DNA of 52,413 nt from Methylococcales bacterium (GTDB lineage Bacteria > Pseudomonadota > Gammaproteobacteria > Methylococcales > Methylomonadaceae). The position numbers and the translations under genes are program-made. Each line of letters begins with the position of its first letter. Within the stretch, counting starts at the first letter, position 1. The notes under the pieces were generated by a model that had not been told where the DNA came from, searched no databases, and was given only the letters and a program-made list of their open reading frames with translations. The stretch is taken from contig JAQTOT010000001.1 of assembly GCA_028713145.1 (NCBI GenBank), positions 1-52,413 on the forward strand, written 5' to 3'. Shown here piece by piece: positions 38,410 to 50,748 of the stretch.

Positions 38410-39174
38410 ATGAATGCAATTTTAAAAAGAAAATCATTGATTAGCGTGTTGCTAATGTCGCTACTTTTAACAGGCTGTATTTATTGGCTTCGCGCGGGGC
38501 AGGTTTATTTGCAAATGAGCGAATTCGACAAGTATTTTGAAATTGTCGTGACGGATGAATTTACGCTCAAATTTAAAGAGCCAATTTTATACAGCAAAGA
38601 TTTTGTTTCGCTTTCAAGGTTGCAACCGAGCGATGATTCTCCGCATGGTGAGGGTCGAAAATGGCGGTATTGGTTTCGAAAAATCGACGCAGATGGCAAC
38701 ATTATCAAACCTGAAATTAAGTTTTATTCTGACCTGTATTTCAACAAAGAACAAAAACTTACAGCGTGGTCGTTTTCATCGTTATTTTTGGAAATTGCTC
38801 CCCCTAAATTTTTAGAAGTTTCTTTGCGTTCCATTGGTGGCGCGGAAATCGATAAAGAGAAAAAACAGCTCAAAGCCAATAGCGCGTTGCTAGAAAAAAT
38901 TTCGGACGATTTGCCTAAAAAAGCAGCTGTCGTTAAAAAATTAGGTGAACCACTCGAAATTAAAGATGAGCCTGAACAAGAAATTTACATTTATCACTTT
39001 TTGCTTGAAACGCATGAAATTGAAAAAGGTTACGAAGACCGCGCTTTGAATGAAGTCAAAATTACGTTTGATAAAAAAACGCAAGAATTAACCCGCATGG
39101 CAGGGCGTTTTGCTGGGTTAAAAGTGTCAATAAACTATAAAAAGTTTTTAGCGCAACCCTCTGAAGCCGACTAG
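38410..39174 (+). CDS. hypothetical lipoprotein
   Basis: 254 aa with lipobox LLLTGC, starting 5 nt after dbpA. No recognisable domain. Confidence 0.55.
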   Translation: MNAILKRKSLISVLLMSLLLTGCIYWLRAGQVYLQMSEFDKYFEIVVTDEFTLKFKEPILYSKDFVSLSRLQPSDDSPHGEGRKWRYWFRKIDADGNIIKPEIKFYSDLYFNKEQKLTAWSFSSLFLEIAPPKFLEVSLRSIGGAEIDKEKKQLKANSALLEKISDDLPKKAAVVKKLGEPLEIKDEPEQEIYIYHFLLETHEIEKGYEDRALNEVKITFDKKTQELTRMAGRFAGLKVSINYKKFLAQPSEAD

Positions 39175-39182
39175 AAATCGTT

Positions 39183-39986
39183 ATGAAAATAAGCCTCTTC
39201 ATTTTTTGCGCGTTATTTCTTTTGCTCACAGGCAACGTTGCTTTCGGCAAGCCAGTGATTTTGAAAGCAAACGAAAGTTTGCCTTATTGGTCAAAAACGT
39301 TGCCGCATAACGGTTTGGGTGGGGAATTGATTGAAGCTATTTCGCGTTCGGGGGGCGTTGAATCGATAATTGAATTCGTTCCCCTTAAACGCATGATTGA
39401 AGATTCAACCGACAACAACTTGGGTAATCCCGTTTTTTATATGGACAACCAAGATTTTGCCGCAATTATTCCGATTGCGATTACGCAAGTGGGGTTGTAT
39501 TACTACAATCCTTTGCATGATAAAAAAGTGATATTTAAGTCACTGAGCGATTTGAAAGGTTTTCGTGTTGGCGCATTATCGGGAACAATGGCTAATCGAA
39601 CCATTTTTGAAAAAGCAGGTATTCTTTTTGAAACCAGTTATTCGCAAGAGTCGTTGTTTAAAAAGTTACATCATGGACGTTTAGATTTTGTGTTGGAACT
39701 CGATTTAGTCGGTCAACAAACGATTGCGAAACTTTTTCCCACGGAAAGTAAAAATTTTGAGGTCATTGCGCTGCCAAAATCTGTTTCGCCGATTGCCATT
39801 TTGCTCGATAAAAATTACCCAAATGTTGAAAATGTTGCTAATCGCTATCGACAAGGATTAGCCAAAATCATAAAAGATGGCAGTTACAACGAAATTATCA
39901 GTTCTTATTACGAATCACATCAGTTGCCCTCGTTGTGGTTAAAAGAACTTGAGCGTTTTTCACGTCTTTATCAAACAACGCCTTGA
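39183..39986 (+). CDS. periplasmic substrate-binding protein (family 3 SBP-like)
   Basis: 267 aa. Signal peptide and the two-lobe SBP_bac_3-like pattern (GFRVGALSGT...). Immediately upstream of the sensor kinase. Confidence 0.6.
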   Translation: MKISLFIFCALFLLLTGNVAFGKPVILKANESLPYWSKTLPHNGLGGELIEAISRSGGVESIIEFVPLKRMIEDSTDNNLGNPVFYMDNQDFAAIIPIAITQVGLYYYNPLHDKKVIFKSLSDLKGFRVGALSGTMANRTIFEKAGILFETSYSQESLFKKLHHGRLDFVLELDLVGQQTIAKLFPTESKNFEVIALPKSVSPIAILLDKNYPNVENVANRYRQGLAKIIKDGSYNEIISSYYESHQLPSLWLKELERFSRLYQTTP

Positions 39987-39992
39987 ACATTT

Positions 39993-42200
39993 ATGCGAAG
40001 CATTAAAATCAAAATTATTTTCTCATTGCTGATTGTCGTAATTAGCGTGTTGAGTCTTTATGAAATCAAGAGCTATTTAAGCACGCAAGAACGCCTTTAC
40101 CTTGAATTAAATGAAAATGCAGACAGGCAAATTAAGCGATTGAAAGAAGGGTTGATTTTGCCGCTTTGGGAAATGGATGAAGCGTGGCAACTTAAAGTCA
40201 TTGACATTGAAATGGCGAAAAATGAGGTTTATGCCATTACAGTTACCGATGATAAACAAATTACACACGGTCAAATGCGTGATGCGAATTGGAAACTTAT
40301 TGAGATAAATCAGCCCACTCACGATGAAAACATGGTGATGCGGCAAGCGGATATTTTTCATGGCGATGAAAAAATTGGTTCGGTGAGTCTTTTTTTAAGT
40401 TCACGATTTGTCGAAGAACATTTGCAAAATGAGGCGTTAAATCGATTTTTTTCGCTGATTGCATTAAGTGTAACGATTATTTTTTCGTTGCTAATTATGC
40501 TCGGTCGTATTGTGACTACGCCATTGAGCCAAATTTTACAAGCCGTGAATAAAATTCGGCAGGGGGATTATGACCATAAACTTAGCTTGCACTCGCATGA
40601 TGAAATTGATTTGTTCGCTACGGGTATTATTGATATGGCAAGCGCGATTCAAGAGCGTGAACAAGTCATTTTAGCGTCAGAGCAAAATTATCGGATATTA
40701 AATGAACACCTTGAACAGCGCGTTGCGGATCGCACTGTTGAATTAGAAATAAATAATCAAAATCTGCAAGACCTTAGTGTCGAATTAGAAAAAACCAAAA
40801 ATAAGGCAGAAGCGGCAAATCATGCAAAAAGTGTGTTTTTAGCCAATATGAGTCACGAATTACGCACGCCAATGAATGCCGTATTGGGATTTTCACAATT
40901 ACTGCAAAAAGATCGCTCATTAAGTCCTACACAACGCGAAAATTTAAATATCATCAATAACAGTGGGCGGCATTTACTCGATTTGATTAACGATATTTTA
41001 GACATGGCAAAAATCGAAGCAGGGCGCGTGAAAATTGAAATTAACTGCTTTGATTTAGGTGTTTTATTGCGCGACGTGATTGATATGATGCACGAACGCG
41101 CAGAAGCAAAAGGCTTGGAACTTTTATTTGATCAATCATCGGATTTTCCACGATTTGTTTGCTTAGACGAATCAAAATTGCGCCAAGTATTGTTAAATTT
41201 AATTAGCAACGCGGTGAAATATAGCAAACAAGGTAGAGTGCGTGTGCGTTTGAATGCGAATTTAGAAAGCAATTCGTCTCAATGTGAGTTAATTTTTGTT
41301 ATTGAAGATACAGGGATTGGGATTTCAGAGCAGGATTTGCCGTTAATTTTTGATACCTTTGTGCAAGTGGGCGGTGAATCAGAGCAAAAAGGCACGGGGC
41401 TTGGACTACCAATTACCAAAGAATACATTGAACTGATGGGCGGTTCGATTACTGTGACTAGTGAGTTAAATCAAGGTTCTTGTTTTACGGTGAAATTACC
41501 TGCCATACGGGTGTCATCTGAGCAAGTTCCCGCTACGTCATCTAACGGTAAGTTAAGCGTTATTAGCCTTGAGGAAGGGCAGCCTGTTTATCGGGTTTTG
41601 ATTGTCGAAGACCAAGCGGCAAATCGTTTGTTGCTTAAAAATTTACTCATGTCCGTGGGGTTTGATGTTTATGAAGCAATGAATGGGCAAGAAGGCGTTG
41701 AAAAATTTGCCCAATTACAACCAAGTTTTATTTGGATGGATAGACGTATGCCTGTTATGGATGGCATTGAAGCCACAAGGCAAATTCGCGCTTTGCCAAA
41801 TGGTCATAAGGTGAAAATTGTAGCGGTGACAGCTTCCGTCTTTTTAGAACAGCGACAAGAATTTTTAGCCGCAGGGGTTGACGATATTGTCAATAAACCT
41901 TATCGAGATAACGAAATTTTTGAAAGTATGGCAAAGCATCTTGGGGTGAAATTCAGTTATGAAACGTCTGACGATTCACCTAATGTGAGTGAAAAACGTG
42001 CCGTCGTTAACTTAGACGATTTACAAAAGTTGTCGCCAAACTTGCTCATTGCATTGCAGGCGGCGGTTTCAGAACTGGATATAGAGCGTTGCAATGCGTT
42101 AATTACAGAAATTGAAGCAACAGATTCAGAACTTGCGACACAATTATTTGAACGTGTGCATCAGTTAGACTTTGAAACGCTGGCGCAATGGTTAAATTGA
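39993..42200 (+). CDS. hybrid sensor histidine kinase / response regulator
   Basis: 735 aa. Two TM helices around a roughly 130-aa periplasmic loop, HAMP, HisKA ([10 protein letters not shown]), HATPase (DTGIGI, GTGLGL), a receiver domain (ILIVEDQ...DRRMPVMDG...K) and a roughly 70-aa helical C-terminal extension. Confidence 0.9.
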   Translation: MRSIKIKIIFSLLIVVISVLSLYEIKSYLSTQERLYLELNENADRQIKRLKEGLILPLWEMDEAWQLKVIDIEMAKNEVYAITVTDDKQITHGQMRDANWKLIEINQPTHDENMVMRQADIFHGDEKIGSVSLFLSSRFVEEHLQNEALNRFFSLIALSVTIIFSLLIMLGRIVTTPLSQILQAVNKIRQGDYDHKLSLHSHDEIDLFATGIIDMASAIQEREQVILASEQNYRILNEHLEQRVADRTVELEINNQNLQDLSVELEKTKNKAEAANHAKSVFLANMSHELRTPMNAVLGFSQLLQKDRSLSPTQRENLNIINNSGRHLLDLINDILDMAKIEAGRVKIEINCFDLGVLLRDVIDMMHERAEAKGLELLFDQSSDFPRFVCLDESKLRQVLLNLISNAVKYSKQGRVRVRLNANLESNSSQCELIFVIEDTGIGISEQDLPLIFDTFVQVGGESEQKGTGLGLPITKEYIELMGGSITVTSELNQGSCFTVKLPAIRVSSEQVPATSSNGKLSVISLEEGQPVYRVLIVEDQAANRLLLKNLLMSVGFDVYEAMNGQEGVEKFAQLQPSFIWMDRRMPVMDGIEATRQIRALPNGHKVKIVAVTASVFLEQRQEFLAAGVDDIVNKPYRDNEIFESMAKHLGVKFSYETSDDSPNVSEKRAVVNLDDLQKLSPNLLIALQAAVSELDIERCNALITEIEATDSELATQLFERVHQLDFETLAQWLN

Positions 42201-42233
42201 AAAATACACTAGGGAAATGCAAGGGCAAGTACG

Positions 42234-43769
42234 ATGAATCATGACGAAGTGATTTTTTTGGGGAGTGCTTATGTCATTGGTTTGCTTGCAAATCGGTTAT
42301 TTTTGCCGCCCTTAGTCGGCTATTTAATCACGGGTTATATTTTAAACTTTTTTGGCGTTCTTCCCTTTTCTGGATTACATCATTTCGCGGATGTGGGCAT
42401 TGAATTACTGTTATTTACCGTTGGCTTAAAAATCAAACCGCGTTCACTTTTAAAACGTGAAGTGTTAAGCGTTGGAAGTTTGCACTTAATCATCGTAACG
42501 GCTGTTTCTGTACTGCTATTCATTTGGCAAGGCGGACATCTTTCAGGCGGCATTATATTGGGGGCGAGTTTGGCATTTTCGAGTACCGTGCTTGCCATTA
42601 AAGTTCTGGAAGATAACGGTGAGTTATCGACATTTCACGGGCGTGATGTGTTAAGCATTTTGATTTTGCAAGACATTATTGCCATTGGTTTGCTCGCTGT
42701 TGCTAACGGTAAAACGCCTAGTCCTTGGGCATTTGCCTTACTTGCGCTGCCGCTTATTCGCCCTTTAGCGCATCGATTATTATCTGCAACACATAGCGAT
42801 GATTTACGGTTATTGCTAGGTGTTTTCTTTGCATTAGCAGGTTCAGCACTTGCTAATTACGTCGGTATTTCCGCAGACATCGGTGCATTATTGATGGGCG
42901 TTGCCTTATCATCACACGCAAGAACTGAAGATATTGCAGAAAAATTGTGGGGGCTAAAAGAGATTTTATTGGTCGCCTTTTTCTTGCAAATTGGGTTGAG
43001 TGAGTTGCCAACGGTTGAACAAATTCAAGATGCCATCGTTTTACTTTTAGCTCTGCCGCTGCAAGGAGGTTTGTTTTTTTTACTATTTGTCTTAGTTGGA
43101 CTTCGCGCAAGAACGGCGTTTATTTCTTCACTCGCGTTAATGACTTATAGCGAATTTGCACTGATTACGACGGAAGCCGTTGTCAAAGCCGATTTGCTCT
43201 CTTCTCAATGGCAAGCAACGATTAGTTTAGCCGTTGCAGGTTCGCTAGCCATCGCCGCGCCGCTGAATCGTTTTTCACATCGTTTATTTTCAAGATTTGA
43301 ACCTTTTCTAAGTCGCTTTGAACGAAAAAGCGGGCATCCTGACAAATTACCCGAAAGTATCGGTGTGGCGGAATGGCTCATTTTTGGCATGGGACGCACA
43401 GGCACATCGGCGTATTTAGCGTTACACGAAAAAGAACAGCGTGTTGTGGGTTTTGATGCCGATCCGACCATTTTAGAAAACCAACTCAGTCATGGGCGAC
43501 GTGTTATTTATGGTGATGCCGAAGACGTTGAGTTGTTAAACGGTCTGCGTTTAGAGCGCATTAAAGGCATCATTTTAACCATGCCCGATTTTGAAGTGCG
43601 TTGCTCGGCAATTAGGCAATTAAGAAAACGTGGCTATGTAAATTTTATTGGCACGATTTGTTATTTTGAAGAAGAGCGCGAATCGCTCGAAATGTTAGGT
43701 GCAAATTTTGTCATTCATCCATTGACGCAGGCAGGCAATCATTTAGCGAAAAAAATGTTTTTCGCTTGA
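42234..43769 (+). CDS. Kef-type monovalent cation:proton antiporter with a C-terminal TrkA-N (RCK) domain
   Basis: 511 aa. Polytopic CPA2-like N-terminus and a Rossmann motif IFGMGRTG. Confidence 0.8.
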   Translation: MNHDEVIFLGSAYVIGLLANRLFLPPLVGYLITGYILNFFGVLPFSGLHHFADVGIELLLFTVGLKIKPRSLLKREVLSVGSLHLIIVTAVSVLLFIWQGGHLSGGIILGASLAFSSTVLAIKVLEDNGELSTFHGRDVLSILILQDIIAIGLLAVANGKTPSPWAFALLALPLIRPLAHRLLSATHSDDLRLLLGVFFALAGSALANYVGISADIGALLMGVALSSHARTEDIAEKLWGLKEILLVAFFLQIGLSELPTVEQIQDAIVLLLALPLQGGLFFLLFVLVGLRARTAFISSLALMTYSEFALITTEAVVKADLLSSQWQATISLAVAGSLAIAAPLNRFSHRLFSRFEPFLSRFERKSGHPDKLPESIGVAEWLIFGMGRTGTSAYLALHEKEQRVVGFDADPTILENQLSHGRRVIYGDAEDVELLNGLRLERIKGIILTMPDFEVRCSAIRQLRKRGYVNFIGTICYFEEERESLEMLGANFVIHPLTQAGNHLAKKMFFA

Positions 43770-43899
43770 GTTGTAAAAGTTAGGAGGCAAGTTTGCTTCC
43801 CAATGAAAAAAAGTGAACCAATAGCGTCTAAATTCAATAAAATCTATAAGATTTACTTTTAAATTCACCAAAAACTAAAATTACAAAGAGGAATTATCA

Positions 43900-44919
43900 A
43901 TGACCCGATTTCCAGCTGAATGGGAAAAACAAGCCGCCGTTTTAATTGCATGGCCACACGAAACAGGCGATTTTAGTGATCGTTTAGAATCTGTCGAAGA
44001 AACTTACAGCATCATTGCTGACACAATTACGCAATATCAGCCATTGTTAATTGTTTGTCGCGACGAAGTGCATCAAAAACACATTGAAAAATTAGTTGAA
44101 CGCAAAGAAGACATTCAATTTATTCACGCGCCAGTGAATGACATTTGGGTGCGTGATACGACATTTTTAACCGTCGAAAAAGAAGGGGCATTGAAATATC
44201 TTAATTTCCAATTCAATGGTTGGGGTGAAAAATACGACTTTGCTCATGACAACGCGCTTAACCATAAATTAGCGAACGCTAAATTTTTCAAAGGCAAAGC
44301 CCATCATGACATTGATTTTATTTTGGAAGGTGGCAGCGTTGAAAGTGACGGCGAAGGTACGATTTTAACGACCGAGCATTGCTTGTTAAATAAAAACCGC
44401 AACAGCACGTTAAATAAAGCGCAAATCGAAGCGCAATTGAAAACATATTTTGGTGCAGAGCGTGTTTTATGGCTCAAACAAGAAAATTTAGCCGGCGATG
44501 ATACCGACGCACATATCGATACCTTGGCGCGTTTTTGTACACCCACGACGATTGCTTATACCAGTTGCGACAATCCACGCGATCCGCATTTTGAAAGTTT
44601 GTATCGCATGAAATTGCAGCTTGATTTGCTGGTCACACACGAAAATGAACCTTATAACTTAGTGGCATTACCGCTACCAAAACCAATTTTTGACGAAGAC
44701 GATCAACCTTTGCCCGCCAATTATTCAAACTTTTTAATTATCAATCATGCCGTGTTAGTGCCTGTTTATGATGATGAAAATGACAACGTAGCGTTAGAAA
44801 AATTGGCAAAAGTTTTTCCACAACACAAAATTATTCCAATTCCATGCCGTCCATTAGTGCATCAGTACGGTAGTTTACATTGCATGACGATGCAATTTCC
44901 TGAGCAAGCCCGAGGCTAG
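43900..44919 (+). CDS. aguA: agmatine deiminase
   Basis: 339 aa. FPAEWEKQ...IAWPH, WVRDT, EGGS, and the C-terminal GSLHCMT catalytic Cys. Confidence 0.9.
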   Translation: MTRFPAEWEKQAAVLIAWPHETGDFSDRLESVEETYSIIADTITQYQPLLIVCRDEVHQKHIEKLVERKEDIQFIHAPVNDIWVRDTTFLTVEKEGALKYLNFQFNGWGEKYDFAHDNALNHKLANAKFFKGKAHHDIDFILEGGSVESDGEGTILTTEHCLLNKNRNSTLNKAQIEAQLKTYFGAERVLWLKQENLAGDDTDAHIDTLARFCTPTTIAYTSCDNPRDPHFESLYRMKLQLDLLVTHENEPYNLVALPLPKPIFDEDDQPLPANYSNFLIINHAVLVPVYDDENDNVALEKLAKVFPQHKIIPIPCRPLVHQYGSLHCMTMQFPEQARG

Positions 44920-44922
44920 TCA

Positions 44923-45810
44923 ATGGCAAAAAAATTGATTGTTAGCGCAATTCAACAGCCTTGTGGCGATGATGATTACAGCGTGAATTTAGCTTTTTCC
45001 ATTGCCAAAATCCGTGAAGCGGCTGCGGCGGGTTCTGATTTAGTGGTTTTGCCTGAATTACATTTGGGAAAGTATTTTTGCCAAACTGAAGACCATAATG
45101 TTTTTGATTTAGCGCAACCGATTCCGTGTGCTGCAACGGATACACTTTCTGCACTTGCCAAAGAATTAAAAATTGTCATTGTTTCGACAATTTTTGAACG
45201 TCGTGCAGCGGGGCTTTATCACAATACCGCTGTTGTGTTTGATAAAGACGGCAGTATCGCGGGGAAATATCGCAAAATGCACATTCCCGATGACCCTGCG
45301 TTTTACGAAAAATACTATTTCACGCCTGGTGATTTAGGTTTTACGCCAATTCAAACCTCGATTGGCAAATTAGGCGTGTTGATTTGTTGGGATCAATGGT
45401 ATCCCGAAGCAGCGCGTTTAATGGCATTGGCAGGCGCAGATGTGTTGATTTATCCGACGGCAATTGGTTGGGATAAAAACGACACGTCAGAAGAGCAGAG
45501 CAGACAGCTCGATGCGTGGGTTACGGTGCAACGTGGTCATGCGGTGGCAAATGGTTTGCCTGTGATTTCGTGCAACCGAATCGGTTTTGAATTCGCGTCA
45601 CACGGTGAAAGCGGGATTGATTTTTGGGGCAACAGTTTTATCACGGGTTCGCAAGGTGAATTTTTAGCGCGTGCAAATGAATCTGAAACAAAAGTGTTAA
45701 CGGCTGAAATTGATTTGGTTCGCTCTGAAACCGTGCGTCGAATTTGGCCTTTTTTGCGTGACCGTCGAATTGATGCCTTTGGTGATTTAACGAAGCGTTT
45801 TATTGATTAA
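44923..45810 (+). CDS. aguB: N-carbamoylputrescine amidase
   Basis: 295 aa, nitrilase superfamily (PELH..., YRKMHIPD, ICWDQWYPE catalytic Cys), adjacent to aguA. Confidence 0.88.
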   Translation: MAKKLIVSAIQQPCGDDDYSVNLAFSIAKIREAAAAGSDLVVLPELHLGKYFCQTEDHNVFDLAQPIPCAATDTLSALAKELKIVIVSTIFERRAAGLYHNTAVVFDKDGSIAGKYRKMHIPDDPAFYEKYYFTPGDLGFTPIQTSIGKLGVLICWDQWYPEAARLMALAGADVLIYPTAIGWDKNDTSEEQSRQLDAWVTVQRGHAVANGLPVISCNRIGFEFASHGESGIDFWGNSFITGSQGEFLARANESETKVLTAEIDLVRSETVRRIWPFLRDRRIDAFGDLTKRFID

Positions 45811-45935
45811 AAATGTGATATTTTCAACCCATTGTCATGATTAACCGTTATATTCGGTTATAGACAATTCTTTTACGGAATTTAGTCTAAAATTAAGCCT
45901 ATTTTTAAAACTTTCACTTAACACGGTAAAACAAT

Positions 45936-48446
45936 ATGCCTTTTAGAATTTTTAAAACGAGTAAGCCAAGTGCCACCATTACGACCTTGCCTGATTTAGG
46001 CATGGACGAAGAACACATTGAAAACGATTTTAAACGTTATTACGGGCATCGTTTAGGACGTGACGCGAGTTGCCGTTCGCCGCATTATGCGTATGAAGCT
46101 CTTTCGCTTGCGATTAGTGATCGGTTAGTGGAACGCTGGAAACGGACTTATACGACATATAAAGAGCAAGATGTTCGTCGTGCGTCGTATTTGTCGATGG
46201 AGTTTTTAATGGGCAGAGCATTAAGCAATGCCATGTTAAATTTAAATCTCGATCAAGTTGTCGCGGAGGCAATGTATAGCTTAGGTTTAGATTTGGAAGA
46301 GCTTATTGAAAGTGAACCCGATGCAGGGCTTGGTAATGGTGGTTTGGGACGTTTAGCGGCTTGTTTTATTGACAGTTGCGCGACGCTACAATTACCTGTA
46401 ACAGGTTATGGTTTACGTTACGAATACGGTATGTTCTCGCAAGCTATTGTCAATGGTGAACAAGTTGAACGTCCTGATCATTGGCTTAGAAATGGCAATG
46501 TGTGGGAAATTGAACGCGCTGAATATGTACAGCGCGTGAAATTTGGCGGACGCACTGAAATTCGTACGGATGACAATGGCAAACGAAAAGTGGTGTGGGT
46601 TGATACGCACGATATTTTAGCGGTGCCGTTCGATACGCCAGTGCCTGGTTATCAAAATGGTACCGTGAATACATTGCGTTTATGGAAAGCCACCGCAACC
46701 GAAGAATTCGATTTAGAAGAATTCAACGCGGGTGATTACGCAGAATCCGTTGCCGCAAAAAATACCGCTGAAAATATCACAATGGTTTTATATCCAAACG
46801 ACACCAGTGAAAACGGTAAAGCTTTGCGTTTGCGTCAGCAGTATTTACTTGCCTCTGCGAGTTTGCAAGACGTGATTTCAACGTGGGTTGGTCGTCACGG
46901 TAATAATTTTAAAGAATTTGCAGCCAAAAATTGTTTTCAATTAAATGACACGCATCCAAGTATTTCGGTTGCAGAGCTTATGCGTTTGTTGGTTGACGTG
47001 TATGACGTGCCTTGGAACGAGGCGTGGGACATTACCCGCAATACAATGGCATATACCAACCATACGTTATTACCTGAAGCATTAGAGCGTTGGTCAGTTG
47101 GCTTGTTCCGCGAATTATTGCCACGTTTGCTCGAAATTATTTTCGAAATCAATATGCACTTTTTATCGCAAGTATCATCGCGCTGGCCTGGTGATAAAGC
47201 GCGTTTGTCTCGCATGTCAATTATCGAGGAAAGTGAACACGGTCAACACGTTCGCATGGCGTATTTAGCGATTGTGGGTAGTTATTCTGTGAATGGCGTT
47301 GCGGAATTACATTCAAAATTATTGAAAGAAGGGTTATTTCGTGATTTTTACGAATTCACGCCTGCAAAATTTAACAATAAAACAAATGGTGTCACGCCAC
47401 GTCGTTGGCTTGCCGCATGCAATCCAGAACTTGCAGAGTTAATTACAGAAACGATTGGGGAAGGTTGGATTACCGATTTATCACAATTGAAATTGCTTGA
47501 ACCGTATGCGGATGATCCAAAATTCCGTGAAAAATGGCACACCTTAAAACAACATGCTAAACAACGGTTGATTGATTTCAAAAGACTCGAGCATGATGTG
47601 GATTTCAACGTCAATGCGATTTTTGACGTGCAAGTTAAGCGTATTCACGAATACAAACGTCAGTTGCTTAATGTGCTGCATGTGATTCATTTGTACGACA
47701 AAATTAAACGTGGTGATACGGCAAACTGGGTCGATCGTTGTGTGTTAATTGGTGGTAAAGCTGCGCCAGGTTATTACATGGCAAAACGCATTATCAAGTT
47801 GATTAACAATGTCGGTCATGTGGTCAATAACGACCCTGATGTGGGCGGTAAATTAAAATTGGTTTTCTTGCCAAATTATCGCGTTTCAGCAATGGAAAAA
47901 ATTTGTCCAGGTTCGGATTTATCAGAACAAATTTCAACAGCAGGTAAAGAAGCCTCAGGCACTGGCAACATGAAATTCATGATGAACGGGGCAATTACCA
48001 TCGGTACGCTCGATGGTGCAAACATCGAAATTCGTGAAGAAGTGGGCGATGATAATTTCTTCTTGTTTGGTTTAACCGAAGCGGAAGTGCAAGCTCTAAA
48101 CGGGAATTACAACCCGCAAAGTTATATTGATGCCGACGAAGATTTACGTCGCGTGATGAATTTGCTTGAATGTGGTCATTTCAATCAGTTTGAACCGAAC
48201 ATTTTTGATGATGTTATCAATTCGATTAAAAGCGGTAATGACCAATGGAAAACACTCGCCGATTTCCGTAGCTTTATTGACGCGCAACGTCAAGTCGAAA
48301 TCGCGTATCAAGACCAAGATCGTTGGACAAAAATGAGTATTTTAAATACGGCGGCAAGTGGTAAATTCTCGACCGACCGCACGATTACGGATTACAACGA
48401 CGATATTTGGAAATTAACGCCCGTGCAAATCGACAATAATTTCTAA
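45936..48446 (+). CDS. glgP: glycogen/maltodextrin phosphorylase
   Basis: 836 aa. [10 protein letters not shown], and [15 protein letters not shown] with the PLP-lysine motif. Confidence 0.96.
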   Translation: MPFRIFKTSKPSATITTLPDLGMDEEHIENDFKRYYGHRLGRDASCRSPHYAYEALSLAISDRLVERWKRTYTTYKEQDVRRASYLSMEFLMGRALSNAMLNLNLDQVVAEAMYSLGLDLEELIESEPDAGLGNGGLGRLAACFIDSCATLQLPVTGYGLRYEYGMFSQAIVNGEQVERPDHWLRNGNVWEIERAEYVQRVKFGGRTEIRTDDNGKRKVVWVDTHDILAVPFDTPVPGYQNGTVNTLRLWKATATEEFDLEEFNAGDYAESVAAKNTAENITMVLYPNDTSENGKALRLRQQYLLASASLQDVISTWVGRHGNNFKEFAAKNCFQLNDTHPSISVAELMRLLVDVYDVPWNEAWDITRNTMAYTNHTLLPEALERWSVGLFRELLPRLLEIIFEINMHFLSQVSSRWPGDKARLSRMSIIEESEHGQHVRMAYLAIVGSYSVNGVAELHSKLLKEGLFRDFYEFTPAKFNNKTNGVTPRRWLAACNPELAELITETIGEGWITDLSQLKLLEPYADDPKFREKWHTLKQHAKQRLIDFKRLEHDVDFNVNAIFDVQVKRIHEYKRQLLNVLHVIHLYDKIKRGDTANWVDRCVLIGGKAAPGYYMAKRIIKLINNVGHVVNNDPDVGGKLKLVFLPNYRVSAMEKICPGSDLSEQISTAGKEASGTGNMKFMMNGAITIGTLDGANIEIREEVGDDNFFLFGLTEAEVQALNGNYNPQSYIDADEDLRRVMNLLECGHFNQFEPNIFDDVINSIKSGNDQWKTLADFRSFIDAQRQVEIAYQDQDRWTKMSILNTAASGKFSTDRTITDYNDDIWKLTPVQIDNNF

Positions 48447-48447
48447 T

Positions 48448-48900
48448 ATGTTTCATATTGCGTTGTTTGAGCCTGAAATTCCCGCGAATACAGGCAATAT
48501 CATTCGATTAAGTGCAAATACAGGGATGCAATTGCACTTGATTAAACCGCTTGGTTTTGATTTGGATGATAAAAAATTGCGTCGTGCAGGGCTGGATTAT
48601 CACGAATGGGCAACTGTGAAATTGCATGAATCGCTCGCTGATTTTTTAGCAAGCGTTGATACGAAGCGGCTGTTTGCCTTAACGACAAAAGGTAAAAAAG
48701 TTTATTCGGATGTTAAATTTCAAGATGGTGACGTGTTTCTATTTGGTTGTGAAACACGCGGTTTGCCAAAAGAAACGCTCGAAATGATTGGTGAAAACTG
48801 TTTGTATTTGCCCATGCAGCCTGAAAGTCGCAGTTTGAATCTATCGAATACCGTAGCCATTATGTTGTATGAAGCATGGCGACAGATTGATTTTGTGTGA
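48448..48900 (+). CDS. trmL: tRNA (cytidine/uridine-2'-O-)-methyltransferase TrmL
   Basis: 150 aa SPOUT protein ([18 protein letters not shown]..., [17 protein letters not shown]). Confidence 0.88.
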   Translation: MFHIALFEPEIPANTGNIIRLSANTGMQLHLIKPLGFDLDDKKLRRAGLDYHEWATVKLHESLADFLASVDTKRLFALTTKGKKVYSDVKFQDGDVFLFGCETRGLPKETLEMIGENCLYLPMQPESRSLNLSNTVAIMLYEAWRQIDFV

Positions 48901-48913
48901 ATAATTGAGAAAT

Positions 48914-48954
48914 AAAAACCGCCTACTTTGTGAAAAGTTAGGCGGTTTTTTTTT
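48914..48954. terminator. bidirectional rho-independent terminator (trmL / gatB)
   Basis: A5-ccgccta...taggcgg-T9. Confidence 0.85.
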
Positions 48955-48969
48955 ATTGTGTGAGAATTT

Positions 48970-50406
48970 TTAGGCTAATTTTGCTTTCAAAATTTTGTTA
49001 ATTTCAGCAGGATTGCCCTTTCCTTGCATGGCTTTCATGATTTGTCCAACAAAAAAGCCGAGCATTTTTTCATTGCCACCGCGATATTGTTCAACTTGTT
49101 TTGGATTTGCGGCAAGAATTTCATCAACAGCCGCTTCGATTGCGCCTGTGTCCGTGATTTGTTTTAAACCTTTTGCTTCAATAATGTCATCGGCTGTTTC
49201 AGTGCCATTCCACATAAATTCAAACACTTGTTTGGCAATTTTGCCAGAAACCGTATCGTCAGCAAGGCGAGTAATTAAGCCTGCAAAACGTTCTGCATCG
49301 ATGGGGGATTGCGTAATGTCAAGTTCTGCACGATTTAGCGCAGCAGACAATTCCCCTGTGACCCAATTTGCACATAAAACGCTGTCACAATCGGCAATTT
49401 TTACTACCGTTTCAAAGTAATTTGCCAAATCGCGCGAGCTAGTTAAAATCGTTGCCGCTTCGTCGTTCAAGCGATAATCCGTCTTGAAACGTGCTTTTTT
49501 CGCTTCAGGTAATTCGGGTAAATGCGCTCGAATTTCGGTTTTTAATTCTTCGCTCACGAAAACAGGTAATAAATCAGGGTCAGGAAAATAGCGGTAATCG
49601 TTCGCTTCTTCTTTGCTCCGCATTGAGCGTGTTTCGTCTTTCACCGAATCGTACAAACGGGTTTCTTGCACGACTTCACCACCGTTTTCAATCAATTCAA
49701 TTTGGCGTTCAATCTCGTGGTTAATCGCTTTTTCAACAAATTTAAACGAGTTGATATTTTTAATTTCAGCGCGAGTGCCGAATTCAGCTTGACCTTTTGG
49801 ACGAACCGAAACGTTTGCATCGCAACGGAACGAACCTTCTTGCATATTGCCGTCGCAAATTTCTAAATAGCGTACGAGTTCATGCAGTTTTCGCATATAC
49901 GCTACCGCTTCTTTTGCCGTCCGCATATCGGGTTCTGAAACGATTTCCAAAAGTGGCGTGCCAGCACGATTTAAATCAATGCCTGTTGAACCATGAAAAC
50001 TTTCGTGTAGCGATTTACCCGCATCTTCTTCTAAATGCGCTCTCGTGACACCGATTCGTTTCGTTTCGCCATCCACTTCAATATCTAAAAAGCCTTTGCC
50101 AACAATCGGTAATTCAAATTGGCTAATTTGGTAGCCTTTTGGTAAATCAGGATAGAAGTAATTTTTACGAGCAAAAACAGAATAAGGGGCAATTTCTGCG
50201 TTAATCGCCGTGCCGAAAATCACGGCTTTTTTTACCGCATCTTCGTTTAAAACAGGTAAAACACCTGGCATTCCGAGTGAAATGACGCACGCTTGTGTGT
50301 TAGGTTCTGCGCCGTAAGCCGTCGATGCACCAGAGAAAATTTTAGATTTTGTGGCAAGTTGGGTGTGAATTTCTAAGCCGATAACGGCTTCCCATTTTTC
50401 GTTCAT
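48970..50406 (-). CDS. gatB: Asp-tRNA(Asn)/Glu-tRNA(Gln) amidotransferase subunit B
   Basis: 478 aa. [23 protein letters not shown], and a C-terminal YqeY-like domain. Confidence 0.96.
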   Translation of the reverse strand: MNEKWEAVIGLEIHTQLATKSKIFSGASTAYGAEPNTQACVISLGMPGVLPVLNEDAVKKAVIFGTAINAEIAPYSVFARKNYFYPDLPKGYQISQFELPIVGKGFLDIEVDGETKRIGVTRAHLEEDAGKSLHESFHGSTGIDLNRAGTPLLEIVSEPDMRTAKEAVAYMRKLHELVRYLEICDGNMQEGSFRCDANVSVRPKGQAEFGTRAEIKNINSFKFVEKAINHEIERQIELIENGGEVVQETRLYDSVKDETRSMRSKEEANDYRYFPDPDLLPVFVSEELKTEIRAHLPELPEAKKARFKTDYRLNDEAATILTSSRDLANYFETVVKIADCDSVLCANWVTGELSAALNRAELDITQSPIDAERFAGLITRLADDTVSGKIAKQVFEFMWNGTETADDIIEAKGLKQITDTGAIEAAVDEILAANPKQVEQYRGGNEKMLGFFVGQIMKAMQGKGNPAEINKILKAKLA

Positions 50407-50445
50407 GTTACTTTCCTTCGTGAAAATGTTTGAATTCGTTAGGTT

Positions 50446-50748
50446 TTAATCGATGATTTCGTTTTCAGCAAGTTGTCGTTTTTCGTTAAAAACGAAATAT
50501 AAATTACGGGCATAAATAAATAAACCGCTCGCTTGTCCCAAAATAAAAACGGGGTCTTGGCGATAAATGGCGTACGCAAGCAATGTCACGCCACCGCCAA
50601 TGCTGAAATACCAAAAAGCAACGGGAAAAACGCTTTTTTTTGCTTTTTCGCTTTTGAGCCATTGGACGATAAAACGCGCAGAAAATAAGGCTTGCCCTAA
50701 AAAACCAATGCCTAACCAGAGTGTTTCTTGACTGATATTAACGTTCAA
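50446..50748 (-). CDS. small membrane protein with a lipid-A-biosynthesis N-terminal (LAB_N) domain
   Basis: 100 aa, 3 TM. GQALFSARFIVQWLKSEKAKKSV motif typical of LAB_N. Overlaps the upstream GT2 gene by 11 nt. Confidence 0.7.
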   Translation of the reverse strand: MNVNISQETLWLGIGFLGQALFSARFIVQWLKSEKAKKSVFPVAFWYFSIGGGVTLLAYAIYRQDPVFILGQASGLFIYARNLYFVFNEKRQLAENEIID

